Shown here: positions 29,892 through 39,501 of the stretch, in pieces
Layout: the number at the start of each line of letters is the position of its first letter
Position numbering within the stretch: position 1 is the stretch's first letter
NCBI GenBank assembly: GCA_963729625.1
Contig: CAVSOU010000011.1
Span: forward strand, 192,001-256,000
Source of the DNA: an uncultured bacterium
GTDB lineage: Bacteria; Chloroflexota; UBA5177; JANWHV01
DNA: 64,000 bases
Direction: 5' to 3'
The notes under the pieces: generated by a model
Database searches by the model: none
Told to the model about the DNA's origin: nothing
What the model saw: only the letters and a program-made list of their open reading frames with translations
Made by a program: the position numbers and the translations under genes

Positions 29892-30842
29892 CTAGAGCGA
29901 ATTCATGATGCTGGGGACGACCGGTCCCAAGATGACTACGAAGATCGAGGGGAAGATGAAGAGCGCCATTGGGAACAGCATCTTTAGCGGCGCTTTCTGC
30001 GCCTGTTCCTCTGCTCGCTGCCGCCGGCGCATACGCATTTGTTCGGATTGTATACGCAGCACGTTGGCAATGCTAACACCCAACTGGTCCGCCTGGATGA
30101 TGGCAGTGATGAATTGCGCGAGGTCGGGCACGCCGGTGCGCCAGATGATGTTCCTCAGCGCCTCGCGGCGCGATTTTCCCAGTCGAAGCTCGACCAGATA
30201 GCGCTCGAACTCGTACGACAGATCGTCGTGCGCTTTGGAGGCAACACGCTGGCAGGCGGCATCGAAGCCAAGTCCTGCCTCAACGCTGATCGCGATGATG
30301 TCGATAGTATCAGGCATCGCGCGCGAAATGCGCTTCTGCCGGCGCGTTCTCTCGTCGTGAACCCACAGGTCGGGGAAGAAGAAGCCGACAACTATGGCGA
30401 CGACGCCCCACACCAGCGAAGACACGGGTGCCTTGGGCGGATACGGCACGACTCCAGGGTACGGATCGAAGTACATGAAAATCGTGAGCAGTACGGCAAA
30501 GGCGACAGCTACGACGCCTTTCAGCCCATAGAAGCCTTCAACGTTGATCCCGCGGGGATTTCCGGCCTGTGCCAGCCGTTGCTCGGTCTTCTCCAGAGTG
30601 TTGCCCGGCGAGAGACGTCTCGTCACCTTCGCCACCTGGTTGGTGAGCGGTATGAGCACGCGGTCGCGGAATGGCCGCGCGAGCTCAAGGTCCTCGAGTG
30701 GAGTGGACGATTGCAGCAGCTGGTCCGGCAAGTACGTGGCGAGGCGCTCTCGGATCGCGCCGCCTGACGAGTCGCGGAGCCCGAGGAAGACCAACGCCAC
30801 GGCGGAGGCGGCCAGTGCGCCGGCAAGGAGCGTGAGAATCAT
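29892..30842 (-). CDS. tadC: Tad pilus assembly protein TadC (T2SSF)
   Basis: Motifs VEAGLGFD, QADQLGVSI and AEEQAQKAPLKMLFP. Confidence 0.9.
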   Translation of the reverse strand: MILTLLAGALAASAVALVFLGLRDSSGGAIRERLATYLPDQLLQSSTPLEDLELARPFRDRVLIPLTNQVAKVTRRLSPGNTLEKTEQRLAQAGNPRGINVEGFYGLKGVVAVAFAVLLTIFMYFDPYPGVVPYPPKAPVSSLVWGVVAIVVGFFFPDLWVHDERTRRQKRISRAMPDTIDIIAISVEAGLGFDAACQRVASKAHDDLSYEFERYLVELRLGKSRREALRNIIWRTGVPDLAQFITAIIQADQLGVSIANVLRIQSEQMRMRRRQRAEEQAQKAPLKMLFPMALFIFPSIFVVILGPVVPSIMNSL

Positions 30843-30845
30843 GGC

Positions 30846-31817
30846 CTAGACCTCGATCTTTGTGATTCTGCGCATCAGGAAGGTTCCGACGGACATGAAG
30901 AATAGTGAGACCGCCAGGAGGGGCAAGCCGCACGTGTGGTCATTCCAGAAGAAGCTTATATAGTGTGAATCGATGGTGTAGAGGATGAACGCCAGGCAGA
31001 GCGGAAGCGCTGAAATGATGTACCCGGACAGCGTCGCCTGAGCGGTAAGCGTCCTGATCTCGCCCTTGATGCGGACACGCTCGCGAATGGTATGCGCGAT
31101 GGTGTCGAGAATGATAGACAGGTTCCCGCCGATTTCACGCTGGACATTTATCGCCATCACCATGATCTCAAGATCGACGCTCTTGATTCGGCGGACCAGG
31201 TTGGCCAGCGCTTCTTCCGGTGACAGGCCGATGCCGACCTCCTTGATCACGCGATTGAACTCCGTGGAGATTGGCGGGTTCATCTCGCGCGAGACCAATT
31301 CCATGCTTTGCAGCATGCTGTAGCCTGAACGGAGGCTGTTGGCGAGCATGAGGATTGCATCCGCGAGATTGTTGTTGAAGAGCTTCAGGCGCTTGTTCGC
31401 TCGATACACGAGGTACCAACGAGGTCCGACAAGACCGATTGCACCGAAGACAATGATGTGGACCACCGTGCCAAATATGACCGCGCCGATGAAAATGCAG
31501 CCGATGAACACGCTCGTCCAGAGAATCAAGTACTCGCCGACCGTGAACTTCAGGTCGGCCCGAGAGAGCGCCGTACGAAGGTTCTGTGCAAAGCTCTGGT
31601 TCTGTACGGCACGGTCCACCGTGCGCACGATCATGTCGCCTGCTCTCGTGCGTTCGCGCTTGGTCCGCTTCTCTTGGGCGATCACCGCCTTGGCTTCGCT
31701 GTACCTGGTCAGGCGGCTGGCAATGCCGCCACCACCACCGAAGCGCATGGAAGCAGCATAGGCGAAGAAGAAGACTGCGGTCGCCGCGCAAAGTGCCGCA
31801 AGGAGCGTCAGGAGCAT
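30846..31817 (-). CDS. tadB: Tad pilus assembly protein TadB (T2SSF)
   Basis: Motifs LRSGYS, REIGGNL and IRERVRIKGEIRTLTAQ. Confidence 0.9.
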   Translation of the reverse strand: MLLTLLAALCAATAVFFFAYAASMRFGGGGGIASRLTRYSEAKAVIAQEKRTKRERTRAGDMIVRTVDRAVQNQSFAQNLRTALSRADLKFTVGEYLILWTSVFIGCIFIGAVIFGTVVHIIVFGAIGLVGPRWYLVYRANKRLKLFNNNLADAILMLANSLRSGYSMLQSMELVSREMNPPISTEFNRVIKEVGIGLSPEEALANLVRRIKSVDLEIMVMAINVQREIGGNLSIILDTIAHTIRERVRIKGEIRTLTAQATLSGYIISALPLCLAFILYTIDSHYISFFWNDHTCGLPLLAVSLFFMSVGTFLMRRITKIEV

Positions 31818-31835
31818 CGCCTACCTCCCCTCTTC

Positions 31836-33374
31836 TCAGAAGATTCGGTCAAGTCCGAACACGCTTGGCGGCAGATAGATGCCGTTCTCTTCGAACTTTT
31901 CGATGAACTTCGGGCGGATGCCGGTTGGCCGCAGACGACCAACAATACGGCCGTGCTCGTCGATACCGCTCTGCTCGAAAACGAATATGTCCTGCATGAT
32001 GATGACGTCGCCCTCCATCCCCTGTACTTCGGAGATGTTCGTGACCTTGCGCGAACCGTCTTTCATGCGAGCCTGCTGTACGACTAGCTCGATAGCCTTG
32101 GATATCTGCTCACGAATAGCCCGGAGTGGCAAATCCATGCCTGCCATCAAGCACATCGTCTCCAGCCGGGACAGCGTGTCTCGAGGGGAGTTGGAGTGCA
32201 GCGTGGTCATCGACCCATCGTGGCCTGTGTTCATGGCCTGGAGCATGTCAAGCGCTTCGCCGCTGCGGCACTCACCGACGATAATGCGTTCGGGCCGCAT
32301 GCGCAGCGAGTTTCTCACGAGGTCGCGGATCGTTACCGCGCCCTTGCCTTCGATATTCGAGGAGCGCGCCTCGAGCGTGACCACATGCTCCTGTCGTAGC
32401 TGCAGCTCAGCCGAGTCCTCTATGGTAACAATGCGCTCATCAGCCGGGACAAAACTCGACAGCACGTTCAACAACGTCGTCTTGCCGGAACCGGTGCCGC
32501 CCGCCACGATGATGTTCAATCTCGCTTCGACCGATGCGCGCAGGAATGTGGTCATTTCCTGCGTGAGCGTGCCGAAGTTGACCAGGTCATCCGGCGTCAG
32601 GGGATTGCGCGAGAACTTTCGGATCGTGACCGTCGGGCCCACGAGCGAGAGGGGAGGGATAATGATATTCACACGCGACCCGTCGGGAAGGCGGGCATCG
32701 ACGTACGGGCTGCTTTCGTCGCATCGCTTGCCGAGTGGCGAGATAATACGATCGATCACACGGATGAGATGATCATCGTTGACGAACTGCACGTCCGTCT
32801 TGATCAGCTTGCCGGCGCGCTCGATGTACACCTGCTTGGGACCGTTCACCATCACTTCGGTGATGGTGTCGTCGTCGAGGAGTGGTTGGATTGGGCCGTA
32901 GCCGAGAATATCGGCGACGATCTGTTCGAACAGTCGTGCACGGTCCGCGCGGGTGAGCTGCGTCCCCTCCGTCTCCAGGGCAGACTCGAACAAGACCTGG
33001 ATGCGCTTGCGCATTTCACCGGCCTGGGAAAAATCCGCGTTGGGTCCGATGTCCTGAATCAGTTTCTGCTGAACGCGTGAGCGAAGCTCGGAGAAGTTGT
33101 CGTGCTCTGTGGCAGTGGGCCGTCGTAGGGCGGCGATGCTGTCCAAGCCCTGGCGCATGGGCCGTCCAGGCTGCAGGGCCGCGCCGGCACTCGATGGCAG
33201 CGGCGCCGTCGGATATTGTGATGCGCTCGAAGTACCTGCCGAAGCAAGGGCACTGCCAAGGCCGCCCGAGGTCCCGCGCGGCGGTGCCGACTGCGCGTTC
33301 GGAGGCGCTGCCGGTACCATCGCGTCGCCCGGACCACCCGTCGATGCACCTTCAATGCGTTTCAAGAGCGACAT
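31836..33374 (-). CDS. tadA: Tad pilus ATPase TadA/CpaF
   Basis: Motifs GGTGSGKTT, TIEDSAEL, LRMRPERIIVGE and MNTGHDG. Confidence 0.93.
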   Translation of the reverse strand: MSLLKRIEGASTGGPGDAMVPAAPPNAQSAPPRGTSGGLGSALASAGTSSASQYPTAPLPSSAGAALQPGRPMRQGLDSIAALRRPTATEHDNFSELRSRVQQKLIQDIGPNADFSQAGEMRKRIQVLFESALETEGTQLTRADRARLFEQIVADILGYGPIQPLLDDDTITEVMVNGPKQVYIERAGKLIKTDVQFVNDDHLIRVIDRIISPLGKRCDESSPYVDARLPDGSRVNIIIPPLSLVGPTVTIRKFSRNPLTPDDLVNFGTLTQEMTTFLRASVEARLNIIVAGGTGSGKTTLLNVLSSFVPADERIVTIEDSAELQLRQEHVVTLEARSSNIEGKGAVTIRDLVRNSLRMRPERIIVGECRSGEALDMLQAMNTGHDGSMTTLHSNSPRDTLSRLETMCLMAGMDLPLRAIREQISKAIELVVQQARMKDGSRKVTNISEVQGMEGDVIIMQDIFVFEQSGIDEHGRIVGRLRPTGIRPKFIEKFEENGIYLPPSVFGLDRIF

Positions 33375-33399
33375 GCACTACCCTCCAGACTTGAGTCAT

Positions 33400-33969
33400 C
33401 CGCACCTTGTTCTATCTGACCTGACAGCCCAAACCGTCCCGACCACCGTGCCTGGGCTGCGCTTTCCCCCCGCCGCACTTCAGGACCGCCAAGTAAACCC
33501 ATGGTCAGTTTGCGGAGATCCTCACCCGCCATCAAAGCACGATAGGCCAGCAGAATAGATGTTTTCTCGTTGAGGCAGCAACTCGCGAGTTTCGTCGTCG
33601 AGACACGGCCGGGCGTCAATGATTGTATACTGGCATGTTACCTTGGGCAACGCAAGCGTACGCTCGATCTGCCCGGACGTTATCGTTTCGGCTGTTTCGG
33701 ACCGAGGAGAGGCAAAAGGCGATACCGTCCGGACTCCGGTATCGGGCCCGCCTTGGCGTGGTCATCTCCGTCGCGCCGGCGCCCCTTTGCCCACGAACGG
33801 CGATAGCCATCAGCGCCAGATCACGATTGACCCGCCAAGCCGGGCCCGCCGCGGCAACTGCCTCGGAGACCGAGCCCACCGTATCGACGGTGGGTCCGGT
33901 CGCCAGCCGGGAGAGCAACGCCTTGTCGCCTTCGGCGATCGTGACCGAGATCAGTGTTGGGGCGCTCAC
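33400..33969 (-). pseudogene. cpaE: Degraded CpaE/TadZ (MinD-like) remnant
   Basis: Lies between cpaB and tadA. Fragments IAVRGQRGAGAT (decayed Walker A region) and, in another frame, AETITSGQIERTLAL...YTIIDARPCLDD. Confidence 0.55.
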
Positions 33970-33991
33970 AAGGATTTCCCAAGGGGCCTTT

Positions 33992-34970
33992 CTATTTCAC
34001 GGGTGCAGTCGGCTGAGGTGTAAGAGTGGGCCTTGGCGTCACAAACGTGTTTGGCAGGCCGTTGCCCTGCGGCGTGCCCTTAACGAATGCCTCGGGTGTA
34101 GCGAAGTACTCTGGGAAGATCGCTTTGGTCCGAGGCTGTACCACCTGGCCCTTCACATCTTCACCCGCGATAAGCACGATATCGACCGTACCGTACGTAT
34201 CCTTAACGTACTTGAGCAACAGGGCGTCCTGAGGCGTTAGTGCGAGCGTGTAGGTTGGGCTGGCGCCAGCTGTTACCGGGAGCCCGACGGCGAGCACACG
34301 TGCATCGGAGATAAGCTGCTGAGTGTCGATTGGGCCGACCTCTACGCCTGACGGCTGTGGATTCGACGAGAGGCTATCCACGTCACGCTGGCGGATACTC
34401 AAGTACACATTGACCGAATCGCCCGGCTGTATATGGAGGTCATCCGATTGCAGGCCGGTTACCTGGATAGTCTCTGCCACACGCCCGGGCGGAATATTCC
34501 ACGAGAGACTGCTCGGCGGCGGGACCGGGAGCACATCGTAGTCGGTGGTCAGGAGCGCATTGCCCTTGGTGATGCCCTTGGTAATCTCGATGTCGTTCAG
34601 AAACAGGTTGGCTGTATCGGAATACACGTGCGTGTAGGTCGTGATCCAGTCTTGAATCGAGCTCACCCAGTCGGGATTCCGTATCGCCTGGGACGGCACG
34701 GGCTCATCCGTGAAGTACTGAGTGATCTTATCGACGGCTGTCGAGCTTGGTGAACGGCGGTACCTGGGCGTAGGCCACCACATAGTGAGGGCCGGGTGTC
34801 GCCGTGAGGGTCGGTGCAATGACAGGCGTGCCTCCCTGACTCGTTGAGGTGGTGGTGGTGGTGTTCGACTTATTGCTCAGTACCACTACGACGATGACGA
34901 ATGCCACCAACGCGAGAACAGCGCCGATCAGCAACTGGCCCCTGCTGGTCCGCAACAACTGCATTCCCAT
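33992..34970 (-). CDS. cpaB: CpaB/RcpC pilus assembly protein, with a +1 frameshift near 34738
   Basis: Transmembrane segment and VVAYAQVPP (SAF-like) in one frame; IPPGRVA, IQPGDSVNV, RVLAVG and TLALTPQDA in the next. Confidence 0.75.
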
Positions 34971-35120
34971 TCTCAACCCCCGTCTACACACTAGCGATCC
35001 GTTGCTTCAAACCGACAAGCCAGGTTTCCAGCAATACGACGTAACTCTCCGTTACCAGGCGCTTGTCCGCGAGGCTACGGCTTTGTCCTTGCGCGCGCCG
35101 TTCTGCCCCAAGTGCAGGCT

Positions 35121-35816
35121 CTAGCCCTTTATCCAACCCTGACGCATCGCGTAGACCACCGCCTGCGTGCGGTCATTGACTGCTAGCTTGCGCATAATCG
35201 AGGTGATGTGATTCTTAACCGTCTGATCGCTGATACTCATTGCGCGAGCAATCTCTTTGTTGCTGTTACCCTTCGCTATGTAATCGAGCACCTGCACCTC
35301 GCGGCTCGACAGCGGAATGTACAGCGGCTCCGCTTCGTGGTCGACCTCTTCGGCCAAATCGCGGAACGACTTCAACACCTTTGAAGCCAGCACGGGTTTG
35401 GCGAGCACGCTATCGTTGATCAGGTATTCTCCCGCCGCGACACGGCGCAGGACCCGACACATGTCTTCGATGCTAATCGTCTTGAGCACATAGGCGGCAG
35501 CACCATACTTGATGGCGTAGAATAGCTTCTCCTCGTCGTCACGGTTCGTCATCACAACGACGCTAATGTTGGAGCCTCTGCGTTTGAGCTCCCGAATTGC
35601 CTCCAGTCCGTCAAGGCCCTCGACCTCGGCATTCAGCAGCACCACCGTGGGCGCCAACTCCTCCACGAGACGGAGGCCGTCTTTGCCGTTCGACGCCTCG
35701 CCGACGATTTCCAACTGCGGATCCACGGCCTTCACCGAGCTGCGCAGTCCGGCACAGAACAGCGGCTGGTCGTCTATTACCAAAACGCTGAGGCTGTCTG
35801 TCGAGTCGTTTTCCAT
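35121..35816 (-). CDS. NarL/LuxR-family response regulator
   Basis: REC domain (VIDDQP) plus LSSREVQVL...GNSNKEIA...TVKNH. Start may be 35816 or 35849. Confidence 0.9.
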   Translation of the reverse strand: MENDSTDSLSVLVIDDQPLFCAGLRSSVKAVDPQLEIVGEASNGKDGLRLVEELAPTVVLLNAEVEGLDGLEAIRELKRRGSNISVVVMTNRDDEEKLFYAIKYGAAAYVLKTISIEDMCRVLRRVAAGEYLINDSVLAKPVLASKVLKSFRDLAEEVDHEAEPLYIPLSSREVQVLDYIAKGNSNKEIARAMSISDQTVKNHITSIMRKLAVNDRTQAVVYAMRQGWIKG

Positions 35817-36090
35817 CCATCGCTCCAGGGCAGGCAAGCCCACCTGCATGAGACGTCATTCAACGGCGCAAGCAGCATCGTCTCATAGCTCAAGCTGATC
35901 GCCTTGACCAATCATGCCCGTAGCATAGCCGAGCATTGGAGGCGACACAATACCACAGTTGGTAGTTTCTGGGCACAGATTCGTGCAAAAAAGGCCTCAT
36001 TGGCAGCGCAAATTACATCCTATACGATAGATTCGATCCGTAGCCGCCTTCAGCGCCTCCTCAAGTGGTCCACGCGGTCCGCTGCAGCGT

Positions 36091-37725
36091 TCATCGATGG
36101 TTGTTCGCGCCGCTCCGCCCCACGCGCAAGGGATTCGCGTAGATCGTGTACTCGCCTTCGTGATAGACAGTTTGCCAGTGGGTCCGCGCGAAAGTCGCGA
36201 GCGCGCGCTCGCGGACATTCTCCGCTATCCATCGTCGGGTGAAATCGTCGATCACGAGATACGTCGCTGCTGACAGACTCGTATCAAACGCGAAGTGGCT
36301 TCGCGGCAACGCGCTTGGATAGAACGACGTTCCATGGCCACTTATCGCCACCGCCTGAAGCAGGTCCGTAGTTCTGCATGCGATCAGCCAGGACTCCTCG
36401 GGCATGATTATCACCAGCGACGAGGGCGCGACTCTGGCATTCACCCAATCCGCCATCGCGTGGGCCGCGGCAGGGGAACGTGGCAGCGCCGCGTCGATAG
36501 CTGTCTTGAAGCGCCCTCCGGCTCCCGTTACATCGCTGGCAAGCATCGAAAGAATGAACGGTGTGATAAAGATGGCGTAGGCCAGCCGTGCGCGCTTCTT
36601 GGCTTGGTGTCGCGCCGATGGGCTACCGGCGAAGACGAGCAGAAAGGAGAGTAAGCGCCAGCAGCCGCACAGGACCGTGCCGATGCCGATGGCAACGAGC
36701 GGGAGCAATGGTACTGCCGCGCGGAAGTAGGGCGCGGGATCGCGAACGGCCAGCACAATCAGCAGCAGTCCCGCGGTGAGTACGACAAGCGCCCGGCGTG
36801 TCGATCCGCGCGCGGTAAAGAGCACGCCGATCAATCCGACGGCGATGAGCGGCTCGAACTTCAGCAAGTCGATGAACCGGCCTACCAGCGTGGCTGGACC
36901 GAGGTCGAGCCGCGTCGCCGAGTGCTTCACATCAAAGACGAATTCGTTATTCCTGGCGACAAGCATCCATGTAACGTAGGCGAGCGGCGCGATCGCAGTG
37001 GAGATGCCGGCGACAAGCACGCAGACGGCGCCCCGCGGCCAGACCAGTATCGCCAACGCGGGCACCAGGGCAATCGCTTCCTGATCGGTAGCCAGCGCAA
37101 GACCGGCAAGCAGGCCGGCGGCCATCGCCCCCGCGCAGCGGCTTCGACGTGCCATGACACGCGTCGTCGAGGTCGGCGCTGTCGCCTCCTCATCGCCACT
37201 GCTCGCGGCGTCCCGGAGCACAAGCCAAAGGCTGACAGGAATGAGCAGCGCGAGGAGGTTGTAGGTGTACGCCCAACGTTGTTGCACTACCACCAGAGGC
37301 CAGATGGTCATGACGGTCGCGGCTGTAACTCCGAGGCCGCGGCCACCAAGCCGTGAGCAGAGGGCATAGACGGCTACGACGGACAGCACCCCGGATGTCG
37401 CCGCCACCGCACGCAGGGCGATCAGGTCATGCGTCCATACGCGCATGAGCGCCGCGCTGAGAAGATAGAACAGAGGCGGATGCTGCACGAATGCGTAGCG
37501 AAGCCCGAACATTTGCAGGTGGCCGGCTGCCAGATTCGAAGCAATGTTCCAGTTGTAACCTTCGTCGCCGTCCCATCCCGGGTTGTCCGCGAGGTTCGCG
37601 AAGCGCAGATATATGGCTAGCAGCATGAGTACGGCTACGAGCAGCAGCCAACCTGACCGGGCTCCTGCGCCGGCGGGTGAATACCTATGTGCTTGCCGTG
37701 TAGCCGGGCCACAAGTGCTATTCAT
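36091..37725 (-). CDS. ArnT/PMT-like (GT39/GT83, GT-C) membrane glycosyltransferase
   Basis: First-loop motif GWDGDEG and HPPLFY; multiple transmembrane segments; C-terminal soluble domain. Confidence 0.75.
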   Translation of the reverse strand: MNSTCGPATRQAHRYSPAGAGARSGWLLLVAVLMLLAIYLRFANLADNPGWDGDEGYNWNIASNLAAGHLQMFGLRYAFVQHPPLFYLLSAALMRVWTHDLIALRAVAATSGVLSVVAVYALCSRLGGRGLGVTAATVMTIWPLVVVQQRWAYTYNLLALLIPVSLWLVLRDAASSGDEEATAPTSTTRVMARRSRCAGAMAAGLLAGLALATDQEAIALVPALAILVWPRGAVCVLVAGISTAIAPLAYVTWMLVARNNEFVFDVKHSATRLDLGPATLVGRFIDLLKFEPLIAVGLIGVLFTARGSTRRALVVLTAGLLLIVLAVRDPAPYFRAAVPLLPLVAIGIGTVLCGCWRLLSFLLVFAGSPSARHQAKKRARLAYAIFITPFILSMLASDVTGAGGRFKTAIDAALPRSPAAAHAMADWVNARVAPSSLVIIMPEESWLIACRTTDLLQAVAISGHGTSFYPSALPRSHFAFDTSLSAATYLVIDDFTRRWIAENVRERALATFARTHWQTVYHEGEYTIYANPLRVGRSGANNHR

Positions 37726-39460
37726 GTCCCGATATCCGGCGGAACGCGACCACGCCGTGTTGCGAAAACACCGATCGAAAACCGGGAATCTGGCTCAGCT
37801 CGACGTAGCCGGGCGATCGCTCGAGCGGGCTATAGATAACCAGCGTCACGTGCTCGCGCGCAACAAGCGGCACGAGCGCCTGGAGGGCTGCCGTTCGCGA
37901 CCTCGCGCGATAGAACCGTCGAACCTCGTCCTGCCTGCGTGCCAGGTTGAACGTCTCGAAATTTTGGCCAACTACCACGTGGCACGTACAGGTCTCCGGC
38001 ACGAGATTCCCGAAGCCCGCGCTGGAAAGCACAACGTCAGACTCGCTTGCGTGATCGCCGAGCCAGGTCACAGCACTCGCTACACCTGATGGCGTGTAGT
38101 AGTCGTCGTCGAGGCCGGAGGCTGCGATCGCCGTGTACAGGGCAAGGAGCAGCGGGGCAGAGAACACCAGCACACTTGTACGAATCGCCGGCAATACCCG
38201 GATTCCGTCTGCCACGACGCCGGGGCCCGAAAGCCAAATAAAGCCGAGCAGGGCCAGCGGTACACTTAGCCCCAGCTCCTGACGGCCCTGCTGCCAGATC
38301 GGGAGCATGAGCGTACACAGGTTCGTAACGCCCCAGATGAGCGGAAACCACGCAGCAGCAATGGAAACCGGATCGGTTGCGGACCGGCGCATGCGCGTCA
38401 GCGTGCGTACGCCCCCGTACGCCGCGCACGCGAGAGCGCCGTAGGCGAAGAGAAGGACGCCGAAGCTGGGCGGGGCGACCTGAGCGAAGCCACTGTGGCT
38501 CCAGAGGGGGTCGCCGCGAAAAACGGCGAGATAGTACAGGCCCATCAATCCCGCCGGAATCAGCGAAATAATGGCGATGCGCATTGTAGACAAGAACACT
38601 TGGCTGGCCCGCAGTGTGTTCTTCGGCGCGGCTCCAGGCGGCCGCGAGTACCACGCCATTCGCGCCGCCGCAGTAGCATAGACGAGCAGAACGAATCCAA
38701 CTGTCGGCAGAAGAAACGGATAGGCGAGCGCCAGGACGAAGAGCCATGCCGCCGCACCGGCAATCGCGTGGGACTGCTTGCGCTGCGCCGCCGGCAGGAG
38801 CTTACGTGTCGCCCAGAGCGGCTCACGCACTCCAGCTGCGCGCAGAATGCTCGCGAATGCCATAAGCTCCGCCGCCAGTCCCAGAGATTCGTGCGGCGAG
38901 TTCAGCATGGTTATGGACGGGCTCAGCTCAGGAGCCGTCAACGCGGCGAGGTTGACGATTCGCGGCGCCACTCCGCTAAGCGGCAGCGCCAGCCAGTACA
39001 GACTCCCCGCGAGGGCGACGAAGATCCAGCATGCTCGAAGGGCTGCCCGTCCTACAAACAGCAAGCAGAACTGCGCGACGGCGAAGAGCAGCAGCCCACC
39101 GCAGAGCAAGCGCGCAACCTGGTAGACCACGGCGGGCGATACGCCTGCCGCCAGATGACCGGCGAGGAGATAGGGCACGTAGATCAGGAGCCTGGAGGGA
39201 TGATCTGGAGAGAACTGGTTGGTATAGCGCCATGCGCCCAGCGATCCCTGGCGTATTGCCGCCAGGTACTGGCTCAAATCGCCAGTGTTGTTCAGCGCTC
39301 CGAGAAAGCTCTTGCCCTGCGGCGCCAGCAGGTAACCGCAGAGATAGGGCACCAGGCTGAGGGCCAGTGCCAGCGCGCCAAGACCGAGAATCCGACCCGG
39401 GCGCGCCTTCGCCAGTGGTCGCGCGGCCGGTCGGCGTCCTGCCTCGGTACCACTAGCCAT
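37718..39460 (-). CDS. Polytopic membrane protein, GT-C-like
   Basis: First-loop Asp (NNTGDLSQYLA), about 12 transmembrane segments and a C-terminal WL..H...SDVVLS domain. Confidence 0.55.
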   Translation of the reverse strand: MASGTEAGRRPAARPLAKARPGRILGLGALALALSLVPYLCGYLLAPQGKSFLGALNNTGDLSQYLAAIRQGSLGAWRYTNQFSPDHPSRLLIYVPYLLAGHLAAGVSPAVVYQVARLLCGGLLLFAVAQFCLLFVGRAALRACWIFVALAGSLYWLALPLSGVAPRIVNLAALTAPELSPSITMLNSPHESLGLAAELMAFASILRAAGVREPLWATRKLLPAAQRKQSHAIAGAAAWLFVLALAYPFLLPTVGFVLLVYATAAARMAWYSRPPGAAPKNTLRASQVFLSTMRIAIISLIPAGLMGLYYLAVFRGDPLWSHSGFAQVAPPSFGVLLFAYGALACAAYGGVRTLTRMRRSATDPVSIAAAWFPLIWGVTNLCTLMLPIWQQGRQELGLSVPLALLGFIWLSGPGVVADGIRVLPAIRTSVLVFSAPLLLALYTAIAASGLDDDYYTPSGVASAVTWLGDHASESDVVLSSAGFGNLVPETCTCHVVVGQNFETFNLARRQDEVRRFYRARSRTAALQALVPLVAREHVTLVIYSPLERSPGYVELSQIPGFRSVFSQHGVVAFRRISGHE

Positions 39461-39501
39461 GAGAGGGATCTCCGGCCACTACGGCTTCCGTCTCGGCGGG
39501 A

